Assembly: GCA_900696495.1 (NCBI GenBank)
Contig: CAADGI010000021.1
Coordinates: 43,614-107,613, forward strand
Direction of reading: 5' to 3'
Source: an uncultured Alphaproteobacteria bacterium
GTDB taxonomy: Bacteria > Pseudomonadota > Alphaproteobacteria > Micavibrionales > Micavibrionaceae
Length of the DNA: 64,000 nt
Shown: positions 27,169 through 36,821 of the stretch, one piece after another
How the letters are laid out: every line of letters starts with the position of its first letter
Position numbering within the stretch: position 1 is the stretch's first letter
Position numbers and translations under genes: made by a program
Notes under the pieces: model-generated
Told to the model about the DNA's origin: nothing
Seen by the model: only the letters and a program-made list of their open reading frames with translations
The model's database searches: none

Positions 27169-27872
27169 AGACGGCGCTGATCCTCGCGCATGAGAAACAC
27201 GAAGGGCCGGGCCAGTTCGGCGACATTCTTGCCGCGCGAGGGTTTGGCTGCCGGACGATTTTCACGCCGCAGGAAAGCGTGAATGAATTCGACCCGTTGA
27301 CGCCGGACCTGGTCCTTGTCATGGGCGGGCCGATGGGCGTTTATGAAAGCGATATCTATCCCTTTCTGAAAGAAGAGATAAAATTCCTGACGAAACGGGC
27401 GAAGGCCGACAGGCCGACGCTGGGGATTTGCCTGGGGTCGCAACTCCTCGCCGCCGCGCTGGGCGCGGAAGTTTATAAGGGCAAGGCCGGGCAGGAAATC
27501 GGCTGGAACCCGATGAAAATCAAAAATCCCGCGCATCCGGTGCGGCATCTCGGCGGCGACAAAACCAATATGTTTCACTGGCACGGCGATACGTTCGACC
27601 TGCCGGAAGGCGCGGAATTGCTGGCTTCGACAAATATGTACGAAAACCAGGCCTTCGGGTTCGGGAAGAATGTCCTCGCCCTGCAATGCCACCCGGAAGT
27701 GACGCCCGCGCAGGCCGACGAATGGACGGATGTGATGGGCGCGGAGATTGTCCGTTCGAAAATCGCGGGGAGCGCCGAAGAATTAAGGGCGCAGAACGCG
27801 CAGAATGTTGATACAATGAACACACAGGCGAAAATATTTTTTGAAGAGTGGCTGGAGAGCATAGGCCTATGA
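27165..27872 (+). CDS. class I glutamine amidotransferase-like protein
   Basis: LGICLGSQLL nucleophile elbow and HPE near the C-terminus; 235 aa. Confidence 0.7.
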   Translation: MKTALILAHEKHEGPGQFGDILAARGFGCRTIFTPQESVNEFDPLTPDLVLVMGGPMGVYESDIYPFLKEEIKFLTKRAKADRPTLGICLGSQLLAAALGAEVYKGKAGQEIGWNPMKIKNPAHPVRHLGGDKTNMFHWHGDTFDLPEGAELLASTNMYENQAFGFGKNVLALQCHPEVTPAQADEWTDVMGAEIVRSKIAGSAEELRAQNAQNVDTMNTQAKIFFEEWLESIGL

Positions 27873-28555
27873 GAGAGATTGTCCTCGATACCGAAACCAC
27901 CGGCATGTTCCCGGATGACGGCGACAAGATCGTCGAGATCGGTTGCCTCGAGCTGGCCAATCACATTCCCACCGGCAAGACATTGCAGATTTATCTGAAT
28001 CCCGAGCGCGACATCCCGCCCGAGGCGGTCGCGGTTCACGGCCTGACGCGGGAATTTCTGAAAGACAAACCGGTTTTCTCGCAGGTCTATACCGACCTGC
28101 TCGACTTCATCGGCGATGCGAAACTCGTCATTCACAATGCCGAGTTCGACATGAAATTCCTGAACGCCGAGCTGCGCGCGGTCGGCCACCCGCCGCTGCA
28201 ATGGAACCGCGTGGTCGATACCGTGACCATGGCGCGGCAAAAATATCCCGGCCAGCCGGCGAACCTCGACGCGCTCTGCCGACGTTTTGGAATAGACAAC
28301 ACCGAGCGCACGCTGCACGGCGCGCTGCTCGACTCCGAATTGCTGGCCGAGGTTTACATGGAGCTGCTGGGCGGGCGTCAACACGGATTGCTGACAATTG
28401 GCGCCGATGCGGCGGGCACAAGGCATGTCGCCGCAAAAATCGATCGCCCCTACCGTGAGCCGCGCGTTTTTACCGCCAGCAAAAAAGAACTGGCTGCGCA
28501 CGCGGAGATGCTGCAAAAGCTGGCAAACGCGCTCTGGCTTAGAAAAACAGGGTAA
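27869..28555 (+). CDS. dnaQ: DNA polymerase III epsilon subunit (3'-5' exonuclease)
   Basis: Start moved to the ATG at 27869 (ATGA overlap). ExoI VLDTETTG, ExoII HNAEFD, ExoIII HGALLDSELLAEVY. Confidence 0.9.
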   Translation: MREIVLDTETTGMFPDDGDKIVEIGCLELANHIPTGKTLQIYLNPERDIPPEAVAVHGLTREFLKDKPVFSQVYTDLLDFIGDAKLVIHNAEFDMKFLNAELRAVGHPPLQWNRVVDTVTMARQKYPGQPANLDALCRRFGIDNTERTLHGALLDSELLAEVYMELLGGRQHGLLTIGADAAGTRHVAAKIDRPYREPRVFTASKKELAAHAEMLQKLANALWLRKTG

Positions 28556-28639
28556 ATCCACATATTTACATATTGCTATTAAGCCCATGGTTGTGCTATA
28601 AATTACGCATTTCGTAAAATATAGGGGCTTCGAAAGCAA

Positions 28640-28855
28640 TTGGGCATGGAAAAATCCAGTCTTTTCAATGGTGTAGGAAAATACCTCCTCGGCCCCGGCT
28701 TTGCCGCGCTGCTGACCGCCGCGCCCGTTTTGGCCGGTGATGGCGCGCCTGCACCCGGCGATGCCAAGGCCGGAAATGCGCATCCCGAAATAACGCTGTC
28801 AGAGGTCAGGGAACTGACTCACAAATTCGACCACGCGCGCAAAGGAGATCGATAG
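28640..28855 (+). CDS. possible small signal-peptide ORF (71 aa), perhaps the frameshifted 5' end of the next gene
   Basis: Hydrophobic LLGPGFAALLTAAPVLAG. The +1 frame is open from 28818 and runs into the 28920 ORF. Confidence 0.3.
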   Translation: MGMEKSSLFNGVGKYLLGPGFAALLTAAPVLAGDGAPAPGDAKAGNAHPEITLSEVRELTHKFDHARKGDR

Positions 28856-28919
28856 CCATTTCGGCGATCTGCTGAAAACCGGCGCATTATCCGCCGAGGA
28901 AAAAGAACTGATTACGTCG

Positions 28920-30380
28920 ATGAGGAATGATGTTGCGGCGATAAAAGAAAAAGCATTGAGCGGCATATTTAAAGATCCGAATTTTTACATCGGGCTTTCT
29001 TTTTTTCTTATTCCTCTAATTTTGAACGGTATTGTCTACCGAAAGCAAAAAGCGGCTGCCGACAAAACGGACGGAGCGGTGGGAGAGATCAAAAAAGCTG
29101 CTGACAGGGCAGAAAAGCTCAACATCGAAACCAATGAGACAATGGAAAAACTTAAACGGTTTGCCGAAAAAGGCGCAGTCGTTGACGATATGATAACCCG
29201 CAACGCGCAATACCAAAAAGCAAAAGATGAGGTCGACCGTACGATGGATGTCTTGCGAGGCGTCACGAAAACCCCCCATAGCAGGAGGATGGTCGATATT
29301 TTCCCGGAAATGTATGAGTACATCATCCAGCGTATCCGGAACACACAAAAGCTGGCTATTGTGACCATGCCATTTTATCAATTCGGGCTTGAGGGTAATC
29401 CGCACGGGCTTCACGACTTCCATCACGCATTATACAATATGTTCCGGAATACTGTTCAGCGTGACGACATCCCGCACCTTGTATTCGTGACTTACGATGA
29501 TGAAAGTCGTTATGCCATGGCCCGTAAACGCTATGGCCGTTCAATCCACGCCTTGCACATGTTGGATAATGCGTCACAGACGAACAAACTGAAGGATATT
29601 TTCAGCGAGGAGGTGTGGAGAAGTGTTGAGATGGAACTGGAATATTTTCAAGAAGAGCTAAGCATGTATAAAGGGGCTCGCTCGCGTCTTGCGATGCTGG
29701 CAGAACGGCAACAAGAATGGTGGAAGAGGAATCTACGTATTGACGAAGGCGCGCCGTTTATACGCGAAATCAATGATTTTATAAAACATAAAAAGAAAAT
29801 CTTTGGACGAATAATCAGCGATAAGGAAGCTATGGACTTGATGTTTATTAAGCTTCTGCGTGCAGAAGGCCGTAAACAGGATGCGGATATTTTCTCGGAC
29901 TTTAACGATGCGCGCAATGCGCTCGGCGAGGCCGTCGAAAAGCAGGAAAGGATATATTTTAATCCGGATATGGGATGGGAAGGTATGGGAACGCCATGGC
30001 CGCATGGCGCGACGATTATCAGGGTCCCACGCGACAAAGTGATATCCAGACAATGGGGAGAGATACCCAACATAGGTTTTGATAACGAAATGAGCGTTTG
30101 TATTGATGGCGTCGAGGTTATGTACGCTGATTACTCACTCAACCAAGGCCTCGACCGATACGATGCTTTTCGTGAAAACAGGATAGTTAGCGAGAGCGGG
30201 GAATTAAGCCTTGATTATTATAAAACAAATCTCTCGATGGTTTTAGAAGCCGGAAAGGGGCAGATGCCCTTCGCTGTCATGCAAAAGGTGAATGAGGTTT
30301 TACCGGGCATCCCGGTCATCGAACATTGGTTAGACTCGCCCGAGCCCGAACCGCAGGGCCCCTCAGAGCCGCAGGCGTAA
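28920..30380 (+). CDS. hypothetical protein (486 aa), AT-rich orphan
   Basis: Long ORF with non-repetitive Lys/Glu/Asp/Ile-rich composition and one N-terminal TM helix (FYIGLSFFLIPLILNGIVY). Visibly lower GC than the flanks. Confidence 0.6.
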   Translation: MRNDVAAIKEKALSGIFKDPNFYIGLSFFLIPLILNGIVYRKQKAAADKTDGAVGEIKKAADRAEKLNIETNETMEKLKRFAEKGAVVDDMITRNAQYQKAKDEVDRTMDVLRGVTKTPHSRRMVDIFPEMYEYIIQRIRNTQKLAIVTMPFYQFGLEGNPHGLHDFHHALYNMFRNTVQRDDIPHLVFVTYDDESRYAMARKRYGRSIHALHMLDNASQTNKLKDIFSEEVWRSVEMELEYFQEELSMYKGARSRLAMLAERQQEWWKRNLRIDEGAPFIREINDFIKHKKKIFGRIISDKEAMDLMFIKLLRAEGRKQDADIFSDFNDARNALGEAVEKQERIYFNPDMGWEGMGTPWPHGATIIRVPRDKVISRQWGEIPNIGFDNEMSVCIDGVEVMYADYSLNQGLDRYDAFRENRIVSESGELSLDYYKTNLSMVLEAGKGQMPFAVMQKVNEVLPGIPVIEHWLDSPEPEPQGPSEPQA

Positions 30381-30396
30381 GTAATTTAAGCAAAAA

Positions 30397-30960
30397 CTAA
30401 TCCGCTTTTTCTTCTTCACCCGCCTTGGGCGCTTCACGGTCCTTCGCCATCTCGGCGGCGAAGCGCTGGGTGTAGAGCGCGTGGAAATCAACCGGGTTCA
30501 GAAGCAGCGGCGGATAGCCGCCCTGCATGGTCAGGTCGCTGAGGATCTGGCGCACATGCGGGAAGGCCTGGTGCGGAATTTCGATCAGCAGCAACGGATG
30601 ATGATTTTCCTCCGGCACTTTTTCATTGATCGACACCGTCACGCCGTAAAGAATTTCGGCGATGAAAACCGGCTGGTCCTTGCGCGCGGCCTCGGCGCGC
30701 GCGTTCAGAACCACTTCGTATAAATTCGGAATGGCCGCGTCCTCGATCTTGCGGGCGTCCATGCCGATATGGATGTTCATCTCGGGCGCGCCCTGGCCGG
30801 CGCGGAGCGAGGCGGGCGTATTCGGATTTTCAAAGGACAAATCCCGCACATATTGCGCGAGAATGGTCACCGGCATGTCGCTCTGGTTCATCTGCGCGGT
30901 GCCCGCTTTCGGGGCCGCCGCCGCGCCTTCTTCCGGCTGCCTGTTCTTTTTCTCGGCCAT
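30397..30960 (-). CDS. secB: protein-export chaperone SecB
   Basis: ILAQYVRDLSFENP and LLLIEIPHQAFPHVRQIL motifs; alphaproteobacterial dnaQ-secB neighbourhood. Confidence 0.85.
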   Translation of the reverse strand: MAEKKNRQPEEGAAAAPKAGTAQMNQSDMPVTILAQYVRDLSFENPNTPASLRAGQGAPEMNIHIGMDARKIEDAAIPNLYEVVLNARAEAARKDQPVFIAEILYGVTVSINEKVPEENHHPLLLIEIPHQAFPHVRQILSDLTMQGGYPPLLLNPVDFHALYTQRFAAEMAKDREAPKAGEEEKAD

Positions 30961-31020
30961 AATTAAGAATCCCTGCTTTTTTATTAGCTTACGCTGATTA
31001 TCACCAATTTTCCTAAACTC

Positions 31021-31464
31021 TCAAGAACGATTTGAGGATTCAGGGTCTCTGAGGGCCGGGGGTTCGTCTTCAATGCGCTCGTATTCGCCTTCGATGATGC
31101 CTGAATCGGCGGTTGTCCAGCCGGGCTGGCGGCGGAGGAACGATTTCAAAAGGCCCCGGAGGCGCGGCACGAGCAGCAGCACGGCCAGAATATCGGTTAT
31201 GAAGCCCGGCGCAATCAGGAGCACTCCGGCCGCGACGATGCAGAACCCGTCAAACAATTCGCCCGCCGGGATCCGGCCCCGGTCGAAAGAGTCGTGCATG
31301 GCAAGGACGGTCTGGAAACCCTGGTAACGGACCAGCGCGCCGCCGATCAGGGCGCTGGCGATCAAAAGCAGCACGGCGGTGATAAAGCCGATTTCACCGC
31401 AGACTTCGACAAAAGCCCAGAGTTCCATCAGCGGGAAGATAATAAACAGAACGTAAAACGGCAT
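31021..31464 (-). CDS. fxsA: FxsA family membrane protein
   Basis: Start moved to the ATG at 31464 (MPFYVLFIIFPLMELWAFVEV...). PGFITD motif present. Confidence 0.75.
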   Translation of the reverse strand: MPFYVLFIIFPLMELWAFVEVCGEIGFITAVLLLIASALIGGALVRYQGFQTVLAMHDSFDRGRIPAGELFDGFCIVAAGVLLIAPGFITDILAVLLLVPRLRGLLKSFLRRQPGWTTADSGIIEGEYERIEDEPPALRDPESSNRS

Positions 31465-31574
31465 AAAACCCTTGTCCTTTGCGCTCCGGGCATTAATGTA
31501 GATACGGAATATGGTAGAATAGTTATATAAAGTCAAAGAACCGGAAAACCAATAAAGCGGAAAAACAGGACAAT

Positions 31575-32309
31575 ATGACAGCAGATCTCCTGGTTTATGC
31601 CCTGGTGGCCGCGGGCCTCGTCTTCTGGCTGCGCAGCATTCTCGGCACCCGTCACGGCGACGAGCGCCAGCGCGAAAATCCGCTGACCCGTCCGCCCCTT
31701 GAGGCAAATCCCGACAATATGAATCCCTTCGCCGATGAAGACCGCGAAATGACCGGCGAGGACCGCGTCAAGAAACTGGCGGCCGAATCTTCGGGCCGGG
31801 TGTCCATCGACGGCGCCACTGTCGAGGCGGGGCTGATCGAAATCGCCCGCGCCGACCGCGAATTCGACGTTGCGTTCTTCATGGATGGCGCGCAGGAAGC
31901 CTTCGCGATCATCGTCGAGGCCTTTGCCTCCGGCGACCGCGAGACGCTCAAGGATTTGCTGGCGCCTGCCGTTTATCATGCCTTCGAGGCCGCCATTACC
32001 GCGCGCGAGCAGCGCGGCGAAAAGCAAGAAACGCAGATCCGCGCCATCCGCAAGGCCGAGGCGATCGAGGCGAATGTCAGCGGGCGCAACAAGGCGAATA
32101 TCACCGTGCGCTTCACTGCCGACGAGGTTTCAGTGACGCGCGATTCAGCCGGCGAGATCATCGACGGCCACCCGGAAAAACTGACCGCGATGCGCGCTGT
32201 GTGGACGTTCAGCCGCGATGTGAAATCGCGCGACCCGCGCTGGCTGGTGACCGAAACGCGCGGCGATTTCGAGGACGACAATAAAATCCTGCCGAACACG
32301 ATTCAATAA
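31575..32309 (+). CDS. Tim44-like domain protein
   Basis: N-terminal TM helix then a C-terminal Tim44-like fold region (WTFSRDVKSRDPRWLV). Usual neighbour of secB and mltA in alphaproteobacteria. Confidence 0.65.
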   Translation: MTADLLVYALVAAGLVFWLRSILGTRHGDERQRENPLTRPPLEANPDNMNPFADEDREMTGEDRVKKLAAESSGRVSIDGATVEAGLIEIARADREFDVAFFMDGAQEAFAIIVEAFASGDRETLKDLLAPAVYHAFEAAITAREQRGEKQETQIRAIRKAEAIEANVSGRNKANITVRFTADEVSVTRDSAGEIIDGHPEKLTAMRAVWTFSRDVKSRDPRWLVTETRGDFEDDNKILPNTIQ

Positions 32310-32312
32310 TCG

Positions 32313-33479
32313 ATGCGCTTCGTTTTCATCATTTCACTTTTGTTTCTTGCGTCCTGCGCAGGTCCGGCCAAGCCGCCCGCGGAGGAAAAACCGCCGCGCG
32401 TTTTGAAAGCGGCGGAATTCAATACGCTGCCTGCGTGGGGCGATTCATCCCTTTATATCCGCGCCGCCGAGGCGTTCGGAAACTCCTGCGCCCGTATCGC
32501 CAAGGCCGACCCGGCGAAGAATTTCAGCGAAATTCCCGAGGCGAAAACATATGGCGACTGGCAGAGAATTTGCGCGGGGTTGGCGGGCGTGCCGAAAGAC
32601 GATGCGAAGGCGCTGCGCCGGTTTTTTGAATCGAATTTCCGCCCCTTTGCGGTTTCGGCGGGCGCGGAGCCGGAAGGATTATTCACCGGTTATTACGAGG
32701 CCTCATTGCGTGGCTCACTCACGCGCGACGCGGTCAATAACATCCCGCTTTATGCAAGGCCGGATGATCTGGTGATGGTCGATCTCGGCCAGTTCCGCGA
32801 CGAGCTGAAAGGCCAGCGCATCGCGGGCCGCGTCGTCGAGGGAAATTTAAAACCTTACGAAGACCGCGCGAAAATCGTCGCCGGGCAATGGCCGCATAAC
32901 GACAGGGTGCTGGTCTGGGTGGACGATTCCGTAGACGCGTTCTTCGTGCAGATCCAGGGCTCGGGCGTCGTGCGGCTGAAGGAAGGCGGCGTGATGCGTA
33001 TCGGTTATGCGGGGCAGAACGGGCATATCTATACGGCGATCGGCAAGGAGCTGATCGCGCGCGGCGAGCTGACCAAAGAAAATGTTTCGATGCAGGCGAT
33101 CCGCGACTGGCTGGCCGCGCACCCGCAGCAGGCCGATGAGATCATGAACACCAACCGCTCTTACGTGTTCTTCAAGACGCTGGAAAAAGACGGACCAAGC
33201 GATGGTCCTTTGGGCGGCGAGGGCGTGACCCTGACGCCGGTTCATTCGCTGGCCGTCGACCATTCGCTTTTCCCCTACGGCGCGCCTGTCTGGGTGGATA
33301 TCGATTACCCCGTTGGCGGCCAGAGCCGTTTGCGCAACCTCATGGTCATGCAGGATACCGGCGGCGCGATCCGCGGACCGGTGCGCGGCGATGTGTTCTG
33401 GGGCTACGGCGAATATGCCGAATCCATGGCCGGACCCATGAAGGCCAGGGGCCGGTACTGGATATTGCTGCCTCGATAG
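32313..33479 (+). CDS. mltA: membrane-bound lytic murein transglycosylase A
   Basis: Lipoprotein-type signal (LLFLASCAG), MltA core, and C-terminal 3D domain (MQDTGGAIRGPVRGDVFWG). Confidence 0.85.
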   Translation: MRFVFIISLLFLASCAGPAKPPAEEKPPRVLKAAEFNTLPAWGDSSLYIRAAEAFGNSCARIAKADPAKNFSEIPEAKTYGDWQRICAGLAGVPKDDAKALRRFFESNFRPFAVSAGAEPEGLFTGYYEASLRGSLTRDAVNNIPLYARPDDLVMVDLGQFRDELKGQRIAGRVVEGNLKPYEDRAKIVAGQWPHNDRVLVWVDDSVDAFFVQIQGSGVVRLKEGGVMRIGYAGQNGHIYTAIGKELIARGELTKENVSMQAIRDWLAAHPQQADEIMNTNRSYVFFKTLEKDGPSDGPLGGEGVTLTPVHSLAVDHSLFPYGAPVWVDIDYPVGGQSRLRNLMVMQDTGGAIRGPVRGDVFWGYGEYAESMAGPMKARGRYWILLPR

Positions 33480-33652
33480 CCTTAAAACGTCATTTTGAGA
33501 GACGTACATCCCCGTACGTTCAAAATTATCATTTATAATCAACTAGTTAACAATTTTGATTATATTAGAAATATTTGACATAAGATAATAGATATGTTTA
33601 ATTGGTATATTGGGGCCTTTTAACATATTAAGCGCATTGCGTTGGGCAAATT

Positions 33653-34609
33653 ATGTCGTTTATGCCGGGTAAAATCGTATCCAGCCAGTCGCTCGAAAAC
33701 GGTGATATTTCCTATGAAGGAAATTTTTACGACGCCAAGAGCAGGCCCGCGCCCGATTTCCGGTCCCTATCCGGTCAATTAAAGACAGGCGGTGAAATTT
33801 CCTACGATACCGGCGCGCGCAGGGAGGTAAAGACCGGGCCCGCCGCCGAAACCCAGGGACCGTTATCGGCGGCTCTTTATCGGGATGCGTATGATTTCAA
33901 AAGCGGGCCGGCCGGCAATGCCGGGGCGTCTGCTCCCTCTTTCGCCGCTTTGAACGCGGCTTTGCGGAATGAAGAGACATCCGCCGGGGAAGACCATGGC
34001 CCCTCTTTCAAATTCATACATAACCTGGCCGCCGCGAATAACCCGCAAGGCTATGACGGCACCGTGCTGCTGGCCACGAACTATTTTTTCTGGCCGGGCA
34101 GCCAGATGAATCAGGATGGTTCCATAAACGTAGCCTATTTCAAGACCATGCTCGCGAGCGTTCCCGTGGGCACAACGCTGGTGCTGGATATCGAGCACTG
34201 GCATTTGAGAACGTCCCAGACCTATCAGCAGAACCAGGATTCCATAGACAAATATATCGCCGTGGCGGAAATCGTGAATGAGGTGCGCCCCGATCTTGAA
34301 TTCGGCTTTTACGGCGTCATGCCTGTGCGCGATTACTGGACTCCCGTTCTGAACAACCCGGCGAACATGGCCGCGTGGCAGGCGCTGAACGATCAGGCCG
34401 GGCAGATCGCCGAACATGTCGATATGATTTTCCCGTCGATCTATACGTTCTACGACGACCTGGCGGGCTGGAAAAAATATGCAGAGGCCAATCTTCTCGA
34501 AGCGCTTCAACACGGCAAGCCGGTTTATCCTTATATGTGGTCGCAATACCACGACAGCAACCAGGCGCTGGGCGGTCAGAAACTGCCGCTCGAAGACTGG
34601 TTCGAGTAG
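33653..34609 (+). CDS. hypothetical protein, possibly glycoside-hydrolase-like; ends at an in-frame TAG
   Basis: 318 aa; LVLDIEHW, GFYGVMP and IFPSIYTFYDD read like alternating barrel strands. The same frame continues open after the TAG at 34607-34609. Confidence 0.5.
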   Translation: MSFMPGKIVSSQSLENGDISYEGNFYDAKSRPAPDFRSLSGQLKTGGEISYDTGARREVKTGPAAETQGPLSAALYRDAYDFKSGPAGNAGASAPSFAALNAALRNEETSAGEDHGPSFKFIHNLAAANNPQGYDGTVLLATNYFFWPGSQMNQDGSINVAYFKTMLASVPVGTTLVLDIEHWHLRTSQTYQQNQDSIDKYIAVAEIVNEVRPDLEFGFYGVMPVRDYWTPVLNNPANMAAWQALNDQAGQIAEHVDMIFPSIYTFYDDLAGWKKYAEANLLEALQHGKPVYPYMWSQYHDSNQALGGQKLPLEDWFE

Positions 34610-34666
34610 CTGAAATTTGTCGCCGAGTTTAACGAGAAACACGGGACGGACCTGGTCAAGGGCCTC

Positions 34667-35056
34667 GTGGACTGGGGTTTTTTCGACGCGGATTATAATT
34701 CTATAAACGCGGATATCATGAACCTCGTGCGCGATACGGTTCTGCATGAAGGCGGCAGCGGTTTATACAACCTGATCGGCGATGTGAACGGCGACGGTCA
34801 TGTCGATTATGCCGATCTCGTGCAATATGCAGCCACGTTCGATCCGAATAATCCTGTTCCTTTCGTGGCGCCCATCCAAAATCCAATCGGGAATATCGTC
34901 GATCAGGGCGACGCCAATCAGGCGGCAATCGACGCTTTTCTGGCCGCGACGGATAACAGCATTCCTGCGGGGCGTTACGCAGGCGGCGCCAATGCGGGCG
35001 GACCTTCATATAGTGTGGATCCAGAGCTCGTTCACCCTCAAAGCTTTTTAATTTAA
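34667..35056 (+). CDS. in-frame continuation of the preceding ORF, with a dockerin/EF-hand-like DVNGDGHVDYADL motif
   Basis: Same frame as 33653-34609 and open from 34610. No convincing start or RBS of its own. Confidence 0.35.
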   Translation: MDWGFFDADYNSINADIMNLVRDTVLHEGGSGLYNLIGDVNGDGHVDYADLVQYAATFDPNNPVPFVAPIQNPIGNIVDQGDANQAAIDAFLAATDNSIPAGRYAGGANAGGPSYSVDPELVHPQSFLI

Positions 35057-36093
35057 TATGGAACCGGATTCAGGCGGCGGACGGATTCGATATCGGCGAG
35101 CACGTCGTTCGAGAGTTTCAATTTTATGGAATCGATATTGGTCTTGAGCTGTTCCATCGTCGTGGCGCCGATGAGCGTGGAAGTGACAAACGGCTTCTGG
35201 TTCACAAAGGCGAGCGCCATCTGGCAGACATCGAGCCCGTGCTTTTTCGCAACACCCATATAGGATTTTACAGCGTCATTGGTTTTGACGCCGTCGCGGT
35301 GTTCATGCCGGGTCTCCAGCGAGAGCCGCGCGCCGGGCGGGCGTGCGCCGTCGAGATATTTTCCGCTCAGGATGCCGCGGCTGAGCGGCGACCAGGCGAG
35401 CAGCCCGCAATCCTCGTGCATCGCGACCTCGGCAAGGTCGTGATCGAAACGGCGGCAGATCAACGAATATTCATTTTGAATGGATTGCATACGCGGCAGG
35501 TTATGCTTCTCGGCGAGTTTGAGATATTTGAGCGTGCCCCACGCCGTTTCATTCGATAGTCCCACGTAACGGATTTTGCCGGATTTAACGAGGCCATTCA
35601 GCGTTTCGAGAACTTCGAGGAAATTGTCTTCGACATCCTTTGTGTCGAAATCGGGCGAATAATTCCAGTAATTGCCGAAATGGTAATCCTCGCGGTTCGG
35701 CCAATGCAGTTGATAGAGGTCGATGTAATCGGTCTGGAGTCTTTTCAGTGAATCCTCGATCGCTTTCAGGATGTTTTCGCGATCGATGCGCGCCTTGCCG
35801 CCGCGCACCCAGGACAGGCCCGGCCCGGCGATCTTGCTGGCGAGGATGATTTTATCCCGGTTTTTGCGGGCCCTGAACCATGTGCCGATGATCTCTTCTG
35901 TCTTGCCGTAGGTTTGTGCGCTCGGCGGCACGGCGTACATCTCGGCGGTATCGAAGAAATTGATTCCCTGCGTGATGGCGTAATCCATCTGCGCGTGGCC
36001 GTCGGTTTCGGTGTTCTGGTTGCCCCATGTCATGGTGCCAAGGCCGATGAGGCTGACCTTGAGGCCTGTGCGGCCGAGAGTCCTGTATTCCAT
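35053..36093 (-). CDS. NAD(P)H-dependent aldo/keto reductase
   Basis: MEYRTLGRTGLKVSLIGLGTMTWG N-terminus; 346 aa. ATGA overlap with the upstream gene. Confidence 0.85.
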   Translation of the reverse strand: MEYRTLGRTGLKVSLIGLGTMTWGNQNTETDGHAQMDYAITQGINFFDTAEMYAVPPSAQTYGKTEEIIGTWFRARKNRDKIILASKIAGPGLSWVRGGKARIDRENILKAIEDSLKRLQTDYIDLYQLHWPNREDYHFGNYWNYSPDFDTKDVEDNFLEVLETLNGLVKSGKIRYVGLSNETAWGTLKYLKLAEKHNLPRMQSIQNEYSLICRRFDHDLAEVAMHEDCGLLAWSPLSRGILSGKYLDGARPPGARLSLETRHEHRDGVKTNDAVKSYMGVAKKHGLDVCQMALAFVNQKPFVTSTLIGATTMEQLKTNIDSIKLKLSNDVLADIESVRRLNPVPY

Positions 36094-36821
36094 CAGAGTA
36101 TCGGCTTCCTGAATTTCTGCGTATCGATCTGCAGATCCTGCAGGCTGTCGGGCAGCGGCGCAGGAATGTCCATGTTAATGGGGAAAGCGGAAATCGACGG
36201 AAGGGCGCGGTTGAAATTGTCGACCAGCCTGGGGTCCACCTCGCGGCGGTTGATCGTGATTTTTTCGACCAACGTGCCGCGCTCGGGATCGTTCTTGTAA
36301 TAGCACTGGATCGGTTCCATGCGGTATTCTCCGAACGAATCCACCTGCGTGTACCAGATGCGGACCGAGGTTTCGAACTCCTCAACCGTGCTGAGGCGCA
36401 AATGATCCGGGTAGCGCGTAACGCCCTCGAGAAAAACCTTGCAGATGCCGAAGGCCAGCCCGCCCTGATAAGGCTTCATCAGCCAGTGAACGCTGTAGGA
36501 AAGAAGCGCTATCACGCCCAGGCCGATAGCGAAGTAAAATTTTGCCTTCCGCTGCGCCCGTTTCTTTTCCTGGACGCTGCTTTGCGCGATCGCGGCGTCG
36601 ATCTGCTCGTCGACCTGTGTTTTGACGGGTTTTTGTTTCTTGCTTTTCTTTCTTTTGCCGACGATCTCGCGGCCCCTGAATTCGTTGTCGGGCGGCGGCT
36701 TGAGAGGCCCTTGCGCGGCGGAAGAAGGTGTGGGAGGCGCAGCCGGTTGCTGCTGCGGAGCGGATGTCTCTTGCGGCGCGGCTTCAGGCCTGGGGCCGCC
36801 CGGTCCTTTTTCCTCGGTCAT
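36093..36821 (-). CDS. hypothetical single-pass membrane protein (242 aa) downstream of icmB
   Basis: Start moved to the ATG at 36821 (ATGA overlap with the icmB stop). Pro-rich and basic N-terminus, TM helix FYFAIGLGVIALLSYSVHWLM, then a globular C-terminal domain. Confidence 0.6.
   Translation of the reverse strand: MTEEKGPGGPRPEAAPQETSAPQQQPAAPPTPSSAAQGPLKPPPDNEFRGREIVGKRKKSKKQKPVKTQVDEQIDAAIAQSSVQEKKRAQRKAKFYFAIGLGVIALLSYSVHWLMKPYQGGLAFGICKVFLEGVTRYPDHLRLSTVEEFETSVRIWYTQVDSFGEYRMEPIQCYYKNDPERGTLVEKITINRREVDPRLVDNFNRALPSISAFPINMDIPAPLPDSLQDLQIDTQKFRKPIL

Noticed and set aside
27575-28783. 402-aa minus-strand ORF
   Set aside because: It is antisense to dnaQ (all three Exo motifs are present on the plus strand) and to the amidotransferase 3' end.
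31465-31707. 81-codon N-terminal extension of the fxsA ORF
   Set aside because: The extension is Arg/Cys/Pro-rich and overlaps the promoter region and the tim44-like gene start. The FxsA family begins at the MPFYVLF-type hydrophobic start.
33863-34747. 294-aa minus-strand ORF
   Set aside because: It is antisense to the 33653-34609 ORF, which has the more protein-like composition. The minus frame is Arg/His/Ile-rich and spans the plus-strand stop without any logic.
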